A DNA stretch of 64,000 nt from Nannocystis sp. Its GTDB lineage: Bacteria > Myxococcota_A > Polyangia > Nannocystales > Nannocystaceae. The notes under the pieces are model-generated. The model made no database searches and had not been told where the DNA came from. It saw nothing but the letters and a program-made list of their open reading frames with translations. Positions within the stretch are counted from its first letter, which is position 1, and each line of letters opens with the position of its first letter. This document shows positions 58,943-64,000 of this stretch, piece by piece. The translations under genes were made by a program, and so were the position numbers. Location: the NCBI RefSeq assembly GCF_016717175.1, contig NZ_JADKFZ010000004.1. One strand, given 5' to 3'.

Positions 58943-60199
58943 TTGTCCACCTCCTCGACTCCTCCCTCCGGCGATCGCCAGACCCCGCCCCAGGTGGTGC
59001 GGCCGGACCTGCCGCCGCGCTTCGAGCTCGACCACGACTTCACGGAGGCGCTGGCCCACATCGCGGCGATCCGGACCCGCCGCAAGCTCGAGCGCGACCC
59101 GGTGTACCGCGAGATCAAGCCGCAGCTCGAGCGGGTGCTGCGGGGCTTCGAGTGGGACCTCGAGCCGACGCTCGGGACCTCGCTGACGGCGCGGCGGCCG
59201 GGCGTGGTGCGGGTGGCGGCGTGGAACGTCGAGCGAGGCAAGCGCTTCGCCGGGCTGCGGCACGCGCTGACCCACGACCCGGTGCTGCGCGAGGCGGACG
59301 TGCTGCTGCTGACCGAGGTCGACATCGGCATGGGTCGCTCGCAAAACCTCAACGTGCCGCGCGAGCTGGCGGCGGCGCTGGGCATGGGCTACGTGTTCGC
59401 CAACTATCACATCGTGCTGGCGGAGGGCGACCGCGGCGAGCGCGGGCACGGGATCCCGAACACCAAGGCGATGCACGGCTGCGCCCTGCTGACGCGCTTC
59501 CCGGTGCTGCGCTTCGAGGCGGTCGACCTGGCGGAGCGCAAGGACAAGTTCCACGCGACCGAGAAGCGCATCGGCAACAAGCGCACGCTGCTGTGCGAGC
59601 TGCTGCTGCCGGACGGGCCGCTGTCGCTGGCGCTGGTCCACCTCGATCCGTTCACGGGGCCGCGTCACCGGGCCAACCAGCTGCGCCAGATCGTGGCCCG
59701 GATGCGCCGCTTCGGCGGCGAGCGGATGCTGCTGGGCGGCGACCTCAACACCAACACCTACGACCTCGGCAGCGGCCGCGGCATGGTCTACAACATGCTC
59801 TACAAGCTGACGCGCTTCGGCTTCGAGGGCACGGTGGAGCAGTACATGAAGCCGGAGGAGATCCTCGAGCGCAAGGTGTTCGACGCGCTGCGAGCGGGCG
59901 GGCTGGCGATCGAGGGCTTCAACGACTTCGCCCGCGGGACCATTTACTACGACGTGTACGACCCGGAGATGGCGCGCAAGGCCCTCGACTACCTGCCGAA
60001 GCCGGTGTGTCGGTGGTTGATGGGCTGGCTCGAGCGCCGGCTCGAGCCGTGGGACGGCCGGGTGCCGCTGCGGGTCGACTGGTTCGCGGGCGCCGGGCTG
60101 CGACCGCGCTCGCCGCAGGTGATCGAGCGGCCGATGGTCGACGGGCAGATCATCAGCGACCACAACCCGATCCTCGTCGACCTCGAGCTGGCGAACTAG
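58943..60199 (+). CDS. endonuclease/exonuclease/phosphatase (EEP) family protein
   Basis: VAAWNVERG...LLLTEVD...GGDLNTN...SDHNPILVDL are EEP catalytic motifs. Start uncertain (TTG 58943 or a downstream GTG). Confidence 0.7.
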   Translation: MSTSSTPPSGDRQTPPQVVRPDLPPRFELDHDFTEALAHIAAIRTRRKLERDPVYREIKPQLERVLRGFEWDLEPTLGTSLTARRPGVVRVAAWNVERGKRFAGLRHALTHDPVLREADVLLLTEVDIGMGRSQNLNVPRELAAALGMGYVFANYHIVLAEGDRGERGHGIPNTKAMHGCALLTRFPVLRFEAVDLAERKDKFHATEKRIGNKRTLLCELLLPDGPLSLALVHLDPFTGPRHRANQLRQIVARMRRFGGERMLLGGDLNTNTYDLGSGRGMVYNMLYKLTRFGFEGTVEQYMKPEEILERKVFDALRAGGLAIEGFNDFARGTIYYDVYDPEMARKALDYLPKPVCRWLMGWLERRLEPWDGRVPLRVDWFAGAGLRPRSPQVIERPMVDGQIISDHNPILVDLELAN

Positions 60200-60360
60200 G
60201 GCGCCGCGGACGTCGCACGACGTCGCCGATGCTGTGTCGAGCTACGAGGCGGCCACGAAGCGTGGTCGCGCGGGCGCGTGGTCGCGCGGGCGGGTGTGGG
60301 TGGGCCTGTCGCTGCGGGCGAGAGACGGGTAAATTCGCGGCCCGTGGAGGCGCAGCGGAC

Positions 60361-62148
<1,788 letters not shown>

Positions 62149-62210
62149 CCCGGGCTGGCCCCCGGGACATGCGCCGAAGGACATGGCAGATCGGACATGT
62201 CCTCGCGGCC

Positions 62211-64000
62211 ATGTTGATCGCGGGCTGCGCGGCGCGGGGCAAGGGGACGGCGGCAGCGAGCGCGCCAGCGGCCGAGCAGGCGGCGACGGGCGGCGGGGCG
62301 GCGATCGCTGCGTGCACGCAGCAGGCGGCGGTCGTGGAGCTGGCGCTCGAGCGGCACGCGGATCGCTACCTGTGGGAGGAGATCGAGGCGCTCGTGCAGC
62401 GCTGGGTCGCGGCGGGTGGGGCGGGGTCCGGCGTCACGGCGGGCGGCGGGACGGCGGGGTCCGGCGTCACGGCGGGCGAGCTCGTGGCCTGCGGGCAGGT
62501 GGCCGAGGCGGCCTTGTTGGCGGCGGCGCGGCGCTGGGCCGAGGCGGGTGCGCGTGGCGGCGGTGGGCAGGACCACGACCTGGCGCAGCGGGCCTACCGG
62601 GCGCTGGCGAGCCACTTCCCGGGGGCGGAGCAGGAGCTGGACTTCGCGTTCGGGCGGCTCGACTGGGCGCGGGCGCTGCGGACCGCGAACGAGCTCGGCG
62701 AGCAGACGCTGGCGGCCGAGCTCTACGCGTCGGCGCAGCAGCACCACGCAGCGGCGCTGCGGCGCGGCGGGCTGCGGCCGGAGCAGGCGCGCATGGCAGC
62801 GAGCGAGCAGCTCGAGGCGACGCGGCGGGTGCTCGACTACCAGGCGGGCTGGCAGCCGACGGCGTGGTCGCCCGAGCCGTGGATCTGCGCGCCGGACCCG
62901 GGCGGGCGCTGCGTGACGCGGCCGAGCTCGGCGGTGACGATCCCGCTGCCGCCGGCCGAGGCGCAGATGCTGGCGGCGTACGAGCTGTACCTGGGGGAGC
63001 CGGCGACGCGCGAGCTGCCGGAGGCGGCGACGGTGGCGGTCGATAGGGCCGAGCTGCTGCTGCGGCATGGTCGGCTGGCGGAGGCGGAGGCGGGGCTGCG
63101 CGAGGTGCTGCGGGCGCGCGACGGCGACGCGGTGGGGGCGCGGGCGGGGCTGCTGCTGCTGCGATCGCTGCAGGCGCGCTGGCAAGATCCGGCGGCCTCG
63201 CCGGCCGCGCAGGCGCAGGCGCGGGCGGGGCTCATCGCCACCACGAGCGAGCTGCAGCGGCTGCGGGCGTGGCACCTGGCGACCCCGGCGGGCGAGGAGA
63301 TCCGGCGGGCGACGCCGGGGCTGCGGGCGGCGGCGCTGTGGCAGGCGGCCGCGGCGGCGCGCGCGAGCGGGGCCTTCGCCGAGTGCGCGCAGGTCCTCGA
63401 GGACATGTCCGAAGAGACCGGTCCCGAAGGCCAGCCGGAGTCGACGCTGCGCTTCGAGGCGGCGGCGTGTCACGAGGAGGGCGGGGCCTTCGCGGCGGCG
63501 ATCGCCGGCTACGGCGAGTGGCTGCGCCGCTTCGTCGGCGAGCCGCGGACGGCGGAGGCCTTGCTGCGCCTGGCCCGGATCAACGAGCGGGTGCAGAACG
63601 TCGAGGACGCGCGCGACTACTACATCCGCTTCGTGGCGCTGGCGCCGGGCGACGCGCGGGCGAACGAGGCGAGGCGGCGATCGATCGCGCTGGCGCTGGT
63701 GACCGGGACGGTCGACGCGGAGCAGGTGGCGGCGCTGACCCGCGATCGTCGCAGCGGTGATCGGCGGCTGGCGGCGGCGATCCGGTTTCGTACGGAGGTG
63801 CGCCCCGGGAGCCCGCTCGAGCGGGTGGCGGCGTACCTGCAACAGTTCGGGCGCGACGGCGGGGAGGAGCGGCTGGCGATCGCCCACCTGCGGGCGGCGG
63901 AGGCGTTGATGCGCAGCTCGTGCCCGGTCGGGGCGCTCGAGGGTCTGTGCGTCGAGGTGACGCGCGACCGGACGCTCGGGCGGGTGCTGCCGCGGGACCG
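62211..64000 (+). CDS. TPR-like helical-repeat lipoprotein, 3' end beyond the window
   Basis: ATG at 62211 with MLIAGCAARG lipobox, then ~590 codons open to the window end with Ala/Leu/Arg-rich TPR-like repeats. Absent from the ORF track because no stop is reached. Confidence 0.55.
   Translation, partial: MLIAGCAARGKGTAAASAPAAEQAATGGGAAIAACTQQAAVVELALERHADRYLWEEIEALVQRWVAAGGAGSGVTAGGGTAGSGVTAGELVACGQVAEAALLAAARRWAEAGARGGGGQDHDLAQRAYRALASHFPGAEQELDFAFGRLDWARALRTANELGEQTLAAELYASAQQHHAAALRRGGLRPEQARMAASEQLEATRRVLDYQAGWQPTAWSPEPWICAPDPGGRCVTRPSSAVTIPLPPAEAQMLAAYELYLGEPATRELPEAATVAVDRAELLLRHGRLAEAEAGLREVLRARDGDAVGARAGLLLLRSLQARWQDPAASPAAQAQARAGLIATTSELQRLRAWHLATPAGEEIRRATPGLRAAALWQAAAAARASGAFAECAQVLEDMSEETGPEGQPESTLRFEAAACHEEGGAFAAAIAGYGEWLRRFVGEPRTAEALLRLARINERVQNVEDARDYYIRFVALAPGDARANEARRRSIALALVTGTVDAEQVAALTRDRRSGDRRLAAAIRFRTEVRPGSPLERVAAYLQQFGRDGGEERLAIAHLRAAEALMRSSCPVGALEGLCVEVTRDRTLGRVLPRD

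Overview
64 kb of very high-GC (~70%+) bacterial chromosome. Two MYXO-CTERM-tailed proteins, many eukaryotic-like Ser/Thr kinases, lipoproteins and a FrzS-like protein point to Myxococcota. Most of the window is conserved core metabolism and housekeeping: tRNA-Pro, serA-cbiX, bioB, a KefB-type antiporter, an aminotransferase, rsmD, the pdhA-pdhB-pdhC pyruvate dehydrogenase operon, purB, hflX-uppP, a Cu-type P-type ATPase, an NCS1 permease, an ECF sigma/anti-sigma pair, two M16 peptidases and three STKs. Interspersed are many secreted Cys-rich lipoproteins and repeat proteins. No rRNA, CRISPR array, transposase or integrase was seen. Four things stand out beyond ordinary genes. First, a 10-bp palindrome GGACATGTCC and its half-site GGGACAGGT/ACCTGTCCC are heavily over-represented, both within genes and between them, and they seed short tandem arrays, some in frame inside essential genes. 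Second, there are several 40-110 bp tandem duplications at gene starts and ends (kefB, NCS1 permease, aminotransferase 3' end, a lipoprotein start). Third, an ~80-nt near-pure poly-G tract is followed by a lower-GC, repeat-rich intergenic island (19.2-20.2 kb). Fourth, a small cassette (4.5-6.2 kb) carries an HNH nuclease, an AbrB/MazE-like protein and two more small ORFs, each with a strong Shine-Dalgarno. Three genes carry 1-nt frameshifts at homopolymer runs, which may be assembly error or phase variation. Many long ORFs in the six-frame track are high-GC alternative-frame or antisense artefacts and were not called.
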